Assembly (NCBI GenBank): GCA_965113315.1
Contig: OZ220368.1
Strand: one strand, 5' to 3'
Length of the DNA stretch: 64,000 nucleotides
Origin: Podarcis vaucheri
Taxonomy: Eukaryota
Shown piece after piece: positions 49,201-64,000 of the stretch (its first letter is position 1; the number at the start of each line of letters is the position of its first letter). Under the pieces are notes generated by a model. The model was not told where the DNA came from. It did no database searches and saw only the letters and a list, made by a program, of their open reading frames with translations. A program made the translations under genes and the position numbers.

Positions 49201-51642
49201 AGAAAGGAAACATGAACCTTGGGTAACTGCTTGGAACCCCTGGAATTTCACATTACTCAGAGATTGGGGTGACGTGAGTCTACCAGAATCGCGTGAGTCT
49301 ACCAGAGTGGATGGTTGGAGCATTAATCACTTGTGAAAATTGTTGAACATTTGCAAATTATATGGATGCAATGAGTGATAATGGTTCAGGCCTACATTAT
49401 AGTATTTTAGAGACTTCTGTGCTTTCAAATAGGATAAGCGATGTACGACGACGCCAGTTACGTGTGTAATGACGATGGGAAAATGCACTGTGAATATGGC
49501 AGTGCATATCCTCTTTTGCATGTACGCCTAAATACAGTTACCTGGAGTGTAAGACCCACTGGAATCATTCAGACTTACTTCTTGGTAGAATATATGAGGC
49601 AAGCATTTGGAAAGATAAAAATGTAAAGGGGCGTCTGTGAGACCATAAAGCCGGGATGTGGTAAGCCAAGATGGGCGAAGAGCTCTTGGGAGATGCTACA
49701 GCTAAGACTACTTTCCAGGTAATTATACTTGTCATGTGTCAGGTTTGGCCATCACATCTTGCACAATGGCTTCTGTCATCTGGGAGGATAGAGCTGTTGC
49801 TGCACAACCCCACACTAGCAAACATGATGGACTGGGTTGAAACTGATGGAGACAATATTTTTTCTTTCTTTCTGCACCTCTTTAAAGAAGCCTGATGGCT
49901 AAACATATAAAAATACATGAACAGCTATAACAGCTGCATCATTTCAATAGGGTTGGCTGCCCACAATGAAACAGCAACCAGCCATTTCATATTATCCAAT
50001 TTACACACTGTTCTACAGCTTCAAAATATAATTGTTGACCTGAGACAGCAAGGCAGAATTGTCCAGTGTATGTTTCCAAGAATTGCTTCTTAGGATTTCA
50101 CAGAAAAAACTGCAGAATAAAACTTCCCCCTGTCTTCCTTAATATACCAACAAAAACCTTCTCTGTGTGCTTGCCAACTTCTACCTGAATTCTGTCGTTT
50201 TGAAAGGGGAAAAAAACACCAGTTCCTATATTTGGAGATGGGTATAGCATACTCCTCTTGCCTTTTACAAATTTAGAAAAGCCAAGTGTTCTGTTTTGAG
50301 GCATAACCATCAATTTACCATGTACCAATCTGGAATCGGATTGTTTGGAGAGCTGTCAGATCTCACGTACATTGCAACAATTCTATACGTTACCAATCTC
50401 CTTTGTTCTGAGTTACGAATACTCCACATCATCTCTCGACTCTCACAGTCAGATAGGTCTACATCACATTCCTTGTTTTGAGGATTTTGATTGGCAAGGT
50501 TAACCTGTAAACCTGACTATGCTGCAAACTCATGAGTTCACATGTTATATTTCCCCTAATAACTCAGTTCATTAGATGGTGTGAAACTTCTGTCACCCAT
50601 TCGTACAGGTTCAGTTATAGCAGACTAGTGCCCCTTGCCAAAACAGGGAGTTGCATCTCTGATGAGCCTGCCAGACTGACCATTATCACCTATTCTCTTA
50701 CAGAACTTGCCCTCAGAAAATGACTATATAGAAGGTGCAGACAACCTCCAAGCTGCGTGTACTGCAAAACAACCAGCAGATATATAACAAGCCTGCCTCT
50801 CCATGACATCCTGCTTTTAAAGAGACACTGTACACAAACAAGTACTTAAGGTAAAACTCAATTAACTTCATTACAAACCAAAGACCAATAATTGTTTGAA
50901 GCATGAAGATAATTTTAGGGTGTCTTTGATTTAGATGGCTAGGAGGTGCAATTTAACAGAACTGCTTCACCAGTGCTGCAGCCACTATGAACCCATGCAC
51001 AACATTGGAAATTGAGTAGCACTGTGTAGCAACCAAGGCAGCAAATTCACCAACAGCCTCTTGGTTCCATGGCCTGCTTCTAAGACAATGGGAGCAGACA
51101 GAAAATTACAGCTTCATTGCAGTGGCCTTTTCATTTGAAAAACTGATCACAAAGACTCACTGTGCTGAAAGCCTTAACGTGGGTCTACTGAAGCTTTCCT
51201 CTTTTGCCAAATGGCTGATATAGAAAACTAAAAACATAAAGTGAGGATTTGTGGGGGAGGCGAACAGAAAGAGGAGTTGAAAGGCGACTGATTATTCCAG
51301 TAATCCCCCTTCCCCATTCGTATCAAGGAGAAACAAAAATACACATCCAAAATGGCAGAGTGAAGCAGTCAGAAAGGATTAGAAATCAGAGTCTTCCAGC
51401 CTGCCTCGTGGCTTGCCAATTTGTATAGTAGGTTGTTTAAAAAGTGAGAGACGTTCCTGGAGAAAGCAGATGGTAGCAGATCCCTCCTCCTTCCGATGGC
51501 ACTGAGATCTGACCTGGTCTCTCGCTCCAGGGTGAAGAGCTTTGCTTTCCTCACCCCATTGCTCCCTTTAAGTACGAGGGGAACCAGTGCCCTTCAGACA
51601 TCAGGGCTTTGGGAATTCAGCAAGCTCTCCACCTTTCATGGG

Positions 51643-51696
51643 CTAAAATGAACTCAAGTATTCCAGTGCAACCTCGTATACAAATTTATATTGTTC
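51643..51696 (-). CDS. PTPRT: PTPRT last coding exon
   Basis: ttttag|EQYKFVYEVALEYLSSF*; matches the PTPRT C-terminus as I recall it. Confidence 0.93.
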   Translation of the reverse strand, partial: EQYKFVYEVALEYLSSF

Positions 51697-52403
51697 CTAA
51701 AAGAGAAGAAAAAGAGAGCCTAATGAGAAAAAAGAGTGATTACAAGCCTCATCCTTCTGTTCTACTTGAGCACGTGAGTTTAGATTGTCTCCAATATGAG
51801 TCCTGTTCAGAGTATGCCCATTGAAATTAATGGACAATGTGTCTACTCTGAGCAGGGATGTAAGGAGATGGCTATTTCCACTGCTTTTTTCTTAAAAAAA
51901 ATGTTTAGGGTTACTCTCATTTTCCTACTCATATTGAATTACTGCCCCTCAAAGAAGCCAAACTTAAATTCACAAAACGTTTAGGGGTATGTGTCCACCC
52001 AGAAAAAAGCACTGGTTATTTCCATCCATTTTTGGGTTTATTGTGATGAGCACTGTATCCATTTCAGGGGTGCCAACTATAGGGGGCTCTAGGTGTCTGA
52101 ACCACGCACAAAAAATTGTGGGTGCTCAGCACCCACACCGCAGGGCCTGCATGCAACTTCTGAGGTCTCGCAAGACCTCGGAAAGCATCTCTGAGGTCTC
52201 ATGAGGTCACCTGGCTACCACCAGAAATCAGGTTCTGAGGCTGGGAATGCGGTGACATGATTAATTTCAGTAGAGGTTAAACATCAAAAACAATGCAGTA
52301 AATAACATAATTATTTCCTTAACGTTTGCAAACTAGTAGGGGGGCACACTAGTTCCAATGGGCTATGCATGTTGACATGTAATTCTAAAAGGGCTTTAAA
52401 TTA

Positions 52404-52783
52404 CAGTGGTGCCACACAAGACGAATGCCTCGCAAGACGAAAAACCCGCTAGACGAAAGGGTTTTCCGTTTTGGAGGTGCTTCGCAAAACGAATTTCCTA
52501 TGGGCTTGCTTCGCAAGACGAAAATGTCTTGCGAGTTCCTGCAGGGGTTTTTTCCTCCCCCCCTTTTCCCCAAGCCGCTAAGCTGCTTATCAGCTGATCC
52601 TAAGCCGCTAAGCTGCTTAACAGCTGATCCGCTAAGCCGCTAAACTGCTTATCAGCTGATCCGCTAAGCCCGCTAAGCTGCTAATAGCGCTAAGCCGCTA
52701 ATGGGCTTGCTTCGCAAGACGAAAAAACCGCAAGACGAAGAGACTCGCGGAACGGATTCTTTTCGTCTTGCGAGGCACCACTG
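52404..52783. mobile_element. Tigger/pogo-type MITE with internal minisatellite
   Basis: TA|cagtggtgccacacaagacgaa ... ttcgtcttgcgaggcaccactg|TA; internal tandem aagccgctaagctgcttatcagctgatcc. Confidence 0.88.
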
Positions 52784-53563
52784 TATAGCACAAATATGGC
52801 TTGCAACTTATTGGGAGGAGTTATGTGTGCACATGTAGGAAGCATAAAGCTTTTAAAGCTCCTTGTTAGCTGTCTGATGTCTATTGAAACTGATGGAGAC
52901 AGTCACAACCAAGTGAAGCTGGGTGGCAGTGGGGGTGATAACATTTGTTTATTTTCAGGGGAAAATTCTTTATCTTTCAATATCCAGAATGAAATGTGGC
53001 CAAGATAATGCATACCCAGCACTATTCATTTCTAATACTTGTGTCTCTTTGTTACTTGAACCTTCACTTGTATTCCTCCAAAGGCCAACATAAGAGGCCT
53101 TTGAGATCCCTTCTCAATGTTCCACAGACAAAAATGGTTGTTATGCATTAACACTAGAGGGCCTTCTGTGTGGTGGCACCCCAGTTTAAGTTGGTGCCTA
53201 GTGCCTCAACAATGAAGGGTGAGGTGGAAGTGAATCAAATTAATTGGCAATCGCTCCAAAAACACAAAGCATCCGAGCTGAAGCGTAGGGCCAAATTCAA
53301 CTAAGTTCTTGCACTAGCAGAAGCCAGCATGTTGAATCCCGCTAGCATAATGGGACCTATTCTGGTTCTCCCCAGATCTGCTCAGAAGGTTCAGGAGAAC
53401 TCACTGTGCAGGGGGCAGGAGGGTAGCGCATTTCATCTTGCAAACACAAATGCTTGTGCTGGCTGATGGAACGGTTCTCCTTAGCCTGATGTTGAATTCC
53501 ACCCACAGAATTTAATTAAAAACTGGCCCATTGTGTAAGCATCTCACTAGAGATGCATTCCTA

Positions 53564-53785
<222 letters not shown>

Positions 53786-54482
53786 TTATTTCTCTCCCCC
53801 CCCATCCCACCATGCAATGTGCCCTATTGCATTTGCAAAGCTGCACATGGAAGTAGCAGACACCAACTATGGGATCCACTTCCCTCCTTCATGAACTGAG
53901 AGGGATACACAAATATTCCAAAGGTTTGAGCAGGCTGTATTCTATGATAGACTGGAATATTATTTTAAAGATCAGGAGTGTTGGGTTTGAAGGATCTTAG
54001 CAGCCCAATACTTAAGCAGATCAGGGTCATAAAAAACAAAAACAAAACATTCCTGTCTAGCATTTCATCAGCATGGATGCATACCAGATCTAGCTGCTCT
54101 TTAGATTTCCAACAATGCCCTGGAGCACTGCTTGCTTGGGGGTTACTTTGTGAAATTTAAGTGGTGACTAGATCTTGCTGCTCTCCCCTGATAAGCCCCC
54201 AGGATCTACCAATGGACAAAGGAGCCCTCCACAGGACGCTGATCAAGGCCTATTCAACTTGTCCCAGCCCTGAACTAGATGGTGTTTTCTGGCCCTTCAA
54301 TTCCATGCAATTCTGCTCAGCAGGCATTTGGATCAGCAGCACTATGGCATACACATGTACAAATGCAGGGTATGGTGTTCCATCAAAGCAGCAAACCTGA
54401 AGGCTCAGTTCATCAGCAGTGCTTCCCTGCTTTTCTGCTTTGTAACCAATATTTAGCACAGAAAACAAAGGCAAACTACTTA

Positions 54483-54647
<165 letters not shown>

Positions 54648-55429
54648 CTAAAAGAAAAGAAATACATCTTGGTTGGACTGTGTGAAGGACTTGTATGAAA
54701 CCTTTTATGTACTCTCAGAAGTCCATGTTCTGGTCTTCTAAGAGTCCTCCTCTATATCCCATTGTAAGAAAGAGGCTTCCTACTTCCCACTCCTACTGTC
54801 CACTGTAAAAGGAGACCAATGGAAGCAACTTCAGGCTGTTTTCACTTGCAGGGAAGGTTCCCCAAAGAAGTTTATTCATGTTGGCACATCAGGAAAGTAA
54901 ACAATGAGAACAGGAAGGTATTCAGTTATGCTAGATGAACTGATGCAAGGTTTGCTCATTTTTACTTGCTTATTTTTCCTGCTTGAGGAAATGAGGCTGG
55001 AGGTGCCATGTCAAGACAAGGCAAATCAGACCTCTTGTAATCACTGTCTGGAGACACATGGAATGAGATGGATCTATACTAGGTGTGGGGAACCTGTGGT
55101 TCTGCAGATATTGGTTTCCAGGGTCACATCCACACCATACATGTAAAATATTCTTGTTACTTTAACAGTCATGGTCCCCCCCCCAAGGAATCCTTGGAAC
55201 TGTAGTTTGGTAAGGGTGCTGGGAATTATAGCTTTGTGAGGGATAAAATACAGTTTGCAGGATTCTTTGAGGGAAACCATGACTGCTAAGGTGACATAAA
55301 TGTGTTTTAAATGTATGGTGTGTATATCACTAAGCTCCCATCATTCCTGGCAAACAGGGCTGGGGCTCATGGGAATTTGTAGTCCAGCAGTGCCTGAATT
55401 TCCACAGGTTCCTCATCCACAGTTTAGAA

Positions 55430-55868
55430 CAGAGGTTTTCAACATTTTTAGTCCACAGCTCGCTTGACCAACTGCATTCTTTCTGTGGCACCCCTGTGGG
55501 GCTCAGAAATCCAGTTATGTCTCCCCTTGCCTGCAGAGCTGGCAGCCTCTCACCCAGTGCTTTTTTTCTGGGGGGACACAGAGGAACACATACCCCTAAA
55601 CATTTTGTGAATGTAAGTTTGGCCTCATTGAGGGGCAGTATTTCAATATGAGTAGGAAAATGAGAGTACCCCTAAACAAGAGGGGGAGTGGAGGGAAGTC
55701 AAGCAAAATTATGGTTTAATTTTTTTGATGTTTTTGTTATTTTTTGGAAAATTAATAAAATGTTATTTAAAAAGGGGGGGTGAGAAGAAGGCCAGTGTTG
55801 TCCATGGCACCCCTGACCATCATTCAAGGCACCCCGGGGTGCCATGACACACTGGTTGAAAACCGCTG
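55430..55868. mobile_element. hAT-type non-autonomous transposon, probably with a nested repeat fragment
   Basis: TIR cagaggttttcaac / gttgaaaaccgctg; 8-bp TSD gtttagaa / gtttagag. The internal 55555-55680 segment resembles the reverse complement of 51880-52015. Confidence 0.7.
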
Positions 55869-57305
55869 GTTTAGAGCATGGAAGAGATGGCTGGTAGCTA
55901 ACAGGATCAATAATTTCCTCTCCTGAATGTCATGAGCAAACATTTGCAGAAAGCTAGTTCTTGGAATTAGTATCTGATTTATACAGTAGCTGACAAAAAA
56001 GGTATGTCTTTTTTTCTCCCCGAGGCCCACTATGACCACCTTTTTAACAGACAAGCAATCAATAGAGAGTTGGTACTTAATTGCGTGGGACAAATTACTC
56101 TGACGGATGGTGAACATCAATGTAATCTTTGCCATTGGCAGTACAAGATTTCATGAGACTTTTCAGAGAATCATAGTTTGTAAGCACTTTGTTTCCCTTT
56201 CATCTTCAGGCTCAAGGATAAGGATAGGTAACAGGTTAGAGGGATCAGACATTTGCCAGGAATGGGTCACATCTAGAGACAGAAGAGTGTGTAGGGACAT
56301 GCTAGTAATATGTGGGGAAGGTATGCAAGTTCTTGCTGTTGGGAAATGGCAAAAAAGTTTTACCTCAAATGACCTTTCTGTACTAATAAATGTCTGAGTG
56401 CTAAAAAGCAACATTAAATTCTTTGAAAATGTGGAAGCTGAATTTGACTCAGATCCTTTCCCTAACCATCCCTATGGCAGATCCTGGATCCATACAGTGA
56501 TGGCAATGGAAATTAATTGGGGGGGGGGAGAACAAAAGGGGCAAAGTATATTTCTAGGTGGATAAGTTGTTTCTTACATGGTAAGATCTCGGTGGGGTGG
56601 GGGGTGGGGACTAGGTTTGTTAATGACTGGAGTCCAGCAATTGGGGAGGGCTGCGGGCATGAACTCCTGATTTGGGAAGGCACTTGCCTCCCACTAGCAC
56701 TGCCCACCCTGGCTTCCTGCCCACTTCCTTGCTGCAGGATCTGCCCAGCGTAGCTCCTCCAAGATCAAGGGCAATCAGGGGAATTCAAGGACAACTGGAA
56801 GGAGGTGTAGTCTCCAGGGAAACAGAACTGGAGGCAGAAGGAGATATGCTGCAGCTATAGTGTGAATAGTATTTTAAAAATAACTCAAGCTGTGGAATGA
56901 CAAGAGACCACAACTGCTAGGGAGCTAGAGAGGGAGCCCTCAACCATAAGAAGTAGAAGCTGAGGTTCGGTGTGGGGAGTAGGGAGTAGAGAGGAAGAGA
57001 GAGCTCACAAAGCCTGTGGTAGAAGCCCACCTGAGTGGGAAAGAAGCAATTTGGGGAAGGGCCGTAACTCAGGTCCCAGGTTCAACCCCTGACCTCTCCA
57101 GGGAGGGCTGGGAATACCCCCCCACCTGAAACCTTGGAGCGCCACTGCCACTCAATTATCTGACTTGGTATAACTCTGTTCCTGTGTATGAGAACTTTGC
57201 AGCCAGACCTCCGTATACTTAAAGCTTACTGATCTGATGGAGTTGTCCAGGAGACCAACCCCAGACTAAATGCCAGTATTTGAACCAGGGATTGTATCTT
57301 TTTAC

Positions 57306-57431
57306 CCTTGCCATGTTGCAGATCCGGAATATCCTATTGATGATGTCCTCATCAATATCAGCAGAAACGAATTCCACTTGGATTGGCCCATAACAACAGG
57401 ATGTCTTCTCTGGCCAGTACTGCATGCAGAG
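57306..57431 (-). CDS. PTPRT: PTPRT coding exon
   Basis: [42 protein letters not shown]; AG/GT boundaries, 126 bp. Confidence 0.95.
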
Positions 57432-58893
57432 CTGCTCAGAGAGAAAAGGGAAGCACACAACAAACCAAAATTAGAATGGAGGAAAACGCAACATACCAGC
57501 TTTTACACTAAAACCCATTACATCCAATGAGAAAATAGCCAGTTATAATAGTGAAACCTTTAACATGATTTGCCATCTACATATAACATAATGAATATAG
57601 AATATGGGGGGAGCCTGTATTCAGCCTCCTGACCCCCAACATCAAATTGGCAATCATCAGAATTGACCAAACCAATAATTTCTTAGAGGATGTTGCATGC
57701 ATGGGAATTTGAAAACCCATCAAGAACAGATGCTTGATAACATTTCTACTCTCCATGCTGTTCAGATCCCAGAACTTCATAAGGCAAAGGCATCCAGCAA
57801 ACTGATTCATGCCTTGTAGATTACTCTTGTTGGATGAAGCCAGAAGTGATTTTGTTCAGATAAAGCTTTCAACAGTGCCTCACACATAAGGCAAAGACAA
57901 TTTTTTCCTTCCATATTTTTGTGGGACTATTTGTCATCCATGAACATGGGCTGAGGGGGCAGTGCCTTTGTTGCATGGGAGTGATTCTAAGAACTTTTCA
58001 GAAGGAGTGCACTTAGCGTTAAACATGAAATGGACCAGGTATGTCCCTTTCCTTTCTTTCTGTCTATGCAAGAAAGTGGTCTAAATGGAGTTTCAAGCAG
58101 CAGCTAGACTCTCCTCTGAAGCCTGAAGATTGAATTTGGGATTGAGACTGCATCCAGATTGGTCCCTACATTCCTCAGAGTGGCCAAAGTTTCAATAGGG
58201 AGCATCAGCTGAATAAATATGAACATTCCCTAGAGCCCCTTGGAATCCTTCAGAATCCATTAGCCTCTGGGAGCACATCACTTCAACAGAACCCTTCAAG
58301 ATAGAACAAACCAAATTGAGTGTGTGCCTTGCTACATGTTGTAGGCCAATGACATGTTGTGATGAGACAGCCTCATGACTGCCATGGTAGAAATCAAAGG
58401 TGGGATCCAACATAGCACTAAGGCAAATGTTCCATCAGCACAAGGATTTCTGCTACCTCCCTCCCCCTGCACATCCTTTTAATCAGTTCTAGGGGTCCCC
58501 CCTCAACCCTCCCGATCATATTTGGAGATGGTGCAGGGCCTGCATGAGAAAATGAATGGGAATGTTTCATTGTGTAAGCAGAAATCCTTGTGCTGATGTG
58601 GCACATTAGTAGTATACTGCCTGAAGTCTTGAGCCAACCCCAGATATGGCAGTCTCAGCATGTGATAATCTCTCCCCTCACTGCAACAGAGATCAGCATA
58701 ATTGTCCAAAGAAATCTGGGAGGAGCCCATGACTGCCAAGGCTTATCTCTGATTTTAAGATTACCTGAGAAGCAACTGCTTTGAAATAAATAAGTTTTCT
58801 AGAAAACAGTTTGGATGCATATATTTAATTGTTTTGTTCAGAGTAATTAGCCGAGAAAAGACTGGTGGAAGATGCCTGGTCTGTAGGAACTCA

Positions 58894-59100
<207 letters not shown>

Positions 59101-61634
59101 TTAATGTTAGCGGGGAAAATCAATCACCATTGATTTCAGAAGAATATTAAACCCAGGAGGCTGTGGGCAGGCAAACGAAGCCATGTAACCAGATTATACA
59201 AATCGCACCTCACACTCCTTGTTATCGCTGCACATTGAATGAATGAAGCCTTTGTAATGGGATCCCAATGAAGACATTTCATTAGAGAAGTGCCATAAGA
59301 ACAAGGATTATCCCTTATGAATTATTTATGTGTCAAGACTCAGCAAAATAACGATGATAATTTGAGGAAATGACTGAAGGGGACAGCTGGAAGAAGGACT
59401 TCCCTTTTCCTAAAGACATCGAAAGCAGAGTGGCCAGAATATGAAGATCTAAGCAGGCTTGCAAAATGGGCATCTGCTACAGCTGCCCACCCACCCGCCA
59501 CAACAGGAGTTGTTTACTTCTTTTCATTTAACAATTCAGCCCTGTGTTGTAACAAAGGCTACTCTTTCAATTCCACACAGTTCCGAAACCAGTTTGTGAT
59601 GCAGTTTGCGAAGGCTGCTTTATGAAGAAAAGAAAAAGAATCAGGTCCAGTGCAAATTTCTCCTAATAGATGCATTTGTATGCAATAACATGCACATCTT
59701 TGTATTTCTCTCTTCAACAATGCATGTTTATACGCTGTGTTCACTAATATATGCAATTTTATGCACTTTGCCCTAGTAAAGTGCAAATTTCACACATTAC
59801 CTGGCTTAGAGAACTGCTTTTCAAAATTCAGAGAAGTGTAAATTGCAAAGAATGGCTGTTTTTTCAGTTCATGCATTGCTTTGGAAAGGGGAAATTCAGT
59901 AAGTTTGCCCATAATTGTGAACTGATTAAATTCCCCCTCCATCCTATTTGCACATTTGCTGAAGGCTTGACATTTTTTCTTCACCATTTTGAGCAATTAA
60001 TTTTATTTCTTTTTTAACAACAACAACAAAACCCCACCACTTTGTATTCTGAAGATTATGGACATATCATAAGTACCTTTAATAGCTATGTAGAAGAAGG
60101 AGTTTGGGTGTGTGCAATTTGCCTCCTGCCTGAAACACTACACTTGACAAACTGCACCTGACAATATTGCTTCTTCTACAGAACTGTGAAGAGCTACCCA
60201 TTATTTGTTCTGATTAGCCTACCCACCATGTCTAGGGTCTGCAATTGACAATGCCTTTGCCATCATGTGGATTTACAAAATTCCTGTGCTTCGTCTGTCC
60301 TTTAAAGTATAAGAAAATGCTGGCATGAAAAGAGATTACATATGTAAAGCATTATTGTATTTTGACTTTGGCTTACGGTTTAAGTGAGTAAACAATCCCT
60401 TCTAAACATCTGTGGAGTGCACGTGGATTAGCATAAGGGATCAGTCTAAAAAGCAGACATTTAACTCCTTGAAACAATTGGCCAGTGTAACTGGGGGATA
60501 CATAACCTTCTGTTCCTACTCAAAAATAGAGATCAGACCAACGTGGATCAGGACTAGTGCTGGTGTAATGCCAAACATTAAGAGATTGGGAAGGGGCCAC
60601 AATACTGCCTGCTTTCTTGATCTTTGCTCTCTCCCCCTTTGTTTCTATTGCTTCCATTATACAATTTCCCATTAGCCATGGTTTGATATTATGCCTGCAC
60701 TATTAACCATAGTTCATCCCAGCTATGAATTGCCTCTAACTCAGCATTTGAAACCAATTTTGGTTCAAATGCAGGGTAGAAGCACATCTGGGAAACAATT
60801 AGCCACTGTTAATGTTGACGCAGACATAGATCTGAACCACAGTTAAGGACGCCAGGCCCTTATGTGTGTGTCTGTATTGCATTCCCTTCCCCTCAATTCC
60901 TGTCCAAAAATGGTGGCCTATTCTGCCTGCCACACCTCTACCCCCTCACAGGTCACTACTGATTATTAGTCAATAAACACTTTTTAAAAATTCCAATCTG
61001 TAATAAGGGCAGGGGGTGAAAGATCAGAAGGGGTTTGTAAGACATGAGGATGATCTCAGCTTCATAGTGGAATTGATCACTGTCCAATCTCTGTAAATGT
61101 GAAAAATACAGCGGTTTCATTGCTGGCAGCAGCACAACTCAGAGTTAGACACAGACGGGTTGTGCAGAAAACAGCTTCTGCTTAGTGAAGCAGTAAAGGC
61201 CTTTGCTCACTCGGCTGTGAGATAACGGATATGTACCCACTATCACAGTGCCTCTGAATCACTTTGACAAGACTACATACTGTGTCTGAATGTATCTTAA
61301 GCCTTTTTTTCTGGTAAGAGATGCAAACATTTGATTGTACAGCAGAGGTTCTCACAACAACGATAGCCTGAACTGAGCACATAATAGACAATGGAAAAGG
61401 AATAAGCAGACAGGTTTGTGGGACCAGTATGCTTGTGGTTCATTTCCATTGACACTCAGTTTAGGGAATAACAACAAAATCAATTGGAAGATAAAAACAC
61501 ATCCTAAAGGAAAAATATATGAGAGTGCTTGCAAGGAAGACACACACAAGTGCCCCCTTCCCAATTATGGGGGGATATTTCTGCAGCCACTTTGCAGTGG
61601 AGACTGCTCTTAGGAATGACCATCCATAGGAAGA

Positions 61635-61815
61635 GAGGATTCATGTTACAACAAAGGAGATTCTGACGAAACATCAGAAATAATTTTCTAACTTTCCAAA
61701 AGTGGAACCGTCTCCCTTGGGAGATGGTGGACTCTCCTTCCTTGGAGGTTTTTAAGCAGAGGTTTGATGGCCATCTGCCATGGAAGCTTGAGTTGAGATT
61801 CCCACATTGCAGAAT
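61635..61815 (+). mobile_element. Old CR1 3' fragment
   Basis: gtggactctccttccttggaggtttttaagcagagg is homologous to the CR1 3' end at ~1690-1800. Confidence 0.75.
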
Positions 61816-62325
61816 CATACAGTTGAATGATTCTATTCTCAAAAGAAGCTGCATTATAAGGAGGCAGACCATTAATCAGTATGGGCTACATTTCTTGGTA
61901 CTGTTAGCCATGGTCTCAAGCCAAGGTCCTCGCACACCTTAACTGAAGATTCCAGGGATTAAGTCTAAAACCTTTCATGTGCCAAGCACATTCTCTACCC
62001 CTGAGCTGCAACCTTTTGATTCATTTCTAAGAAAAGGACAGCCTGATGCCTTCTCCTAGTCTTCTTGGGACAAGCACTGCCCTCTCTTACAGAGATTTTG
62101 CTGTGGCTTAATTCTCACTGTGGTGGGAAACCTGTGCCTGGGCTGTATCACAGCAGACAGTAAGAGCAAACTCAGACAATGAGATGTGCCACCATGCAGC
62201 TTTCATATTTTTAAAAAACATTATGGAAAACTTGTCAGCATTATTGTGAGAAATTATCCTACTAAACATACCACTGTAACAGGCAGACAGTATTTAGCTA
62301 GAGCTGCCCATTTTCTAATTATCTA

Positions 62326-62574
<249 letters not shown>

Positions 62575-64000
62575 TTAACATAAAAATATGTGATTTTACA
62601 CATAAAATGCAAGCGTTCTCTTTTGCCAATCTATCTGACAGCAGCCAGACTGAACTCATAAATCTTCTCAACATGCAAGGCTGGAACTCATACTGCTACA
62701 TTGGGGTGAGGGAGGATAGAATCACCTTCCTTCATAATTCAGGTTTGAAACTTCCCCAGTGCTTGCAGAGTGCTGAAAACTACAGGTTTAAATGAAAACA
62801 GAACACTTGCTTTGAGACTATTTTTAATATTTCAGACAATGTATCTGTCTAATATTCTTTTCTGCAGGAACCCAATAAGGTATCTGAGCAGCCAAAGAGC
62901 ATGAAAAATATGACCAAGTGACAACATATAAAACATAATGGTGCAAGTCATCTCTGATATCACCTTAGTTGTGGCTATTTTGGATGTCTATGCTAACAGT
63001 AAGACCAGATAATGTCCATACCATGCAAGAGTCATTGAAGCTTCCAAGCTTGTGATAGGTGAAATCTGCCCATCTTGACTAAAGTTCAGCTTTAAATGTT
63101 CATATTTATTATTACATTGTACTCCAGCTACACTTCATATGTTATTGGGTGTTTTCATTTCTTCCTGTTTAAAGAGCTAAATCAAGGAATATTACTCAGC
63201 AGTATTCTGTATCATAGTGACATATTAATATGATGTTTGAACTTCTGTATTCTCTGTATTCTCAGTCAAATGCAAACCAGAAGGTACTGTGTATCTTTCC
63301 ATTATATCAGCTTTTGCTAAAAATGGGTGCACTCAGAGCCTTTGTTCATGCCTTTAAACTTGTAAAATCATTACGGTTCATCTAAGAAAGCATATTAAGG
63401 TTGGAAGCTCAACCAGTTTTTCCTACGTAGCTATTAAATTGATTGAACCAACACCATACTGAATAACACTCATTTATTATTTCACATAGATCCATGGTAT
63501 TCCAAACATTAAAATCAGAACTCGAATAAAAAGACTTCAAACTGTCAGAGCCATGTGTGATGCTCAAATCTGTGATCTCAGTGGGAATTGATGCATGCTA
63601 TAGATAACTAGAGCCATCCCAAAAAATTATTTAGGTCAGAATGCTCTCCTGCAGCGCTAAATCCTTTTGATGGAGTTCTCTCAGGCAACTGTCTGGCACA
63701 AAGTAGAACCTAAAATTCCTTGTAATGACACTTCTTTGCCCGGATGCACATGATCAGCTGCATCATGAGAAGGGCTAGACATTTGGCCTCTTAGTGATTC
63801 ATCAATGTCTCTTTCCCACTAATCTTGATAAACCAACACTCAAGCATGCCCACAGCTCCAGATCATGCAGTTAGCTGTAAAAACAAGCAAACCTGCACCT
63901 TTTAATGTCACCCTGGTCTCTTCTCTCCATCCCTGCAGCCATTCAGTTAATGCACATAGGGTTTATTTAAGAGGCAGGAGCTGGAAACTAAATCTTTTTT

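Larger units (their letters stand above)
42010..51642 (-). other. PTPRT: Probable long PTPRT 3'UTR
   Basis: Follows the stop codon; candidate AATAAA at 42031-42026 after a U-rich, UGUA-rich terminal segment. Mammalian PTPRT is known to have a multi-kb UTR. The end point is inferred. Confidence 0.55.

Noticed and set aside
52570-52700. Short repeats resembling a CRISPR array
   Set aside because: No unique spacers; it is a minisatellite inside a TA-flanked MITE in eukaryotic DNA.

Overview
Vertebrate genomic DNA, most likely a squamate (lacertid-type lizard, inferred from a Sauria-type SINE plus CR1, L2 and Penelope repeats). The right third holds the last six coding exons of PTPRT on the minus strand (62538->51643, D2 phosphatase domain), followed by a probable ~9.6 kb 3'UTR. 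The centrepiece is a young, intact 7.8 kb Ngaro-type tyrosine-recombinase retrotransposon (22059-29840, minus strand). It has A1-ORFs-B1-A2-spacer-B2 split direct repeats and four ORFs: Gag, RT/RNase H, tyrosine recombinase (YR) and an SGNH hydrolase. Three observations stand out. (1) None of the three downstream ORFs has an obvious N-terminal ATG. Each is preceded by a phase-1 splice acceptor that matches one consensus phase-1 donor inside gag, suggesting an alternative-splicing programme that fuses a common Gag N-terminus to RT, YR or hydrolase. (2) The B repeat folds into a ~290-nt multi-stem structure whose pairings are kept, with compensatory changes, in a diverged solo remnant at 39553-40340. 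(3) The B1/A2 junction is an att-like CACGC-TTT-GCGTG site whose TTT core recurs at both insertion boundaries. A minimal Penelope-type hammerhead ribozyme lies at 10013-10060. The rest is ordinary intergenic or intronic DNA with LINE fragments, MITEs, solo LTRs and microsatellites. All alignments and pairings were done by eye.
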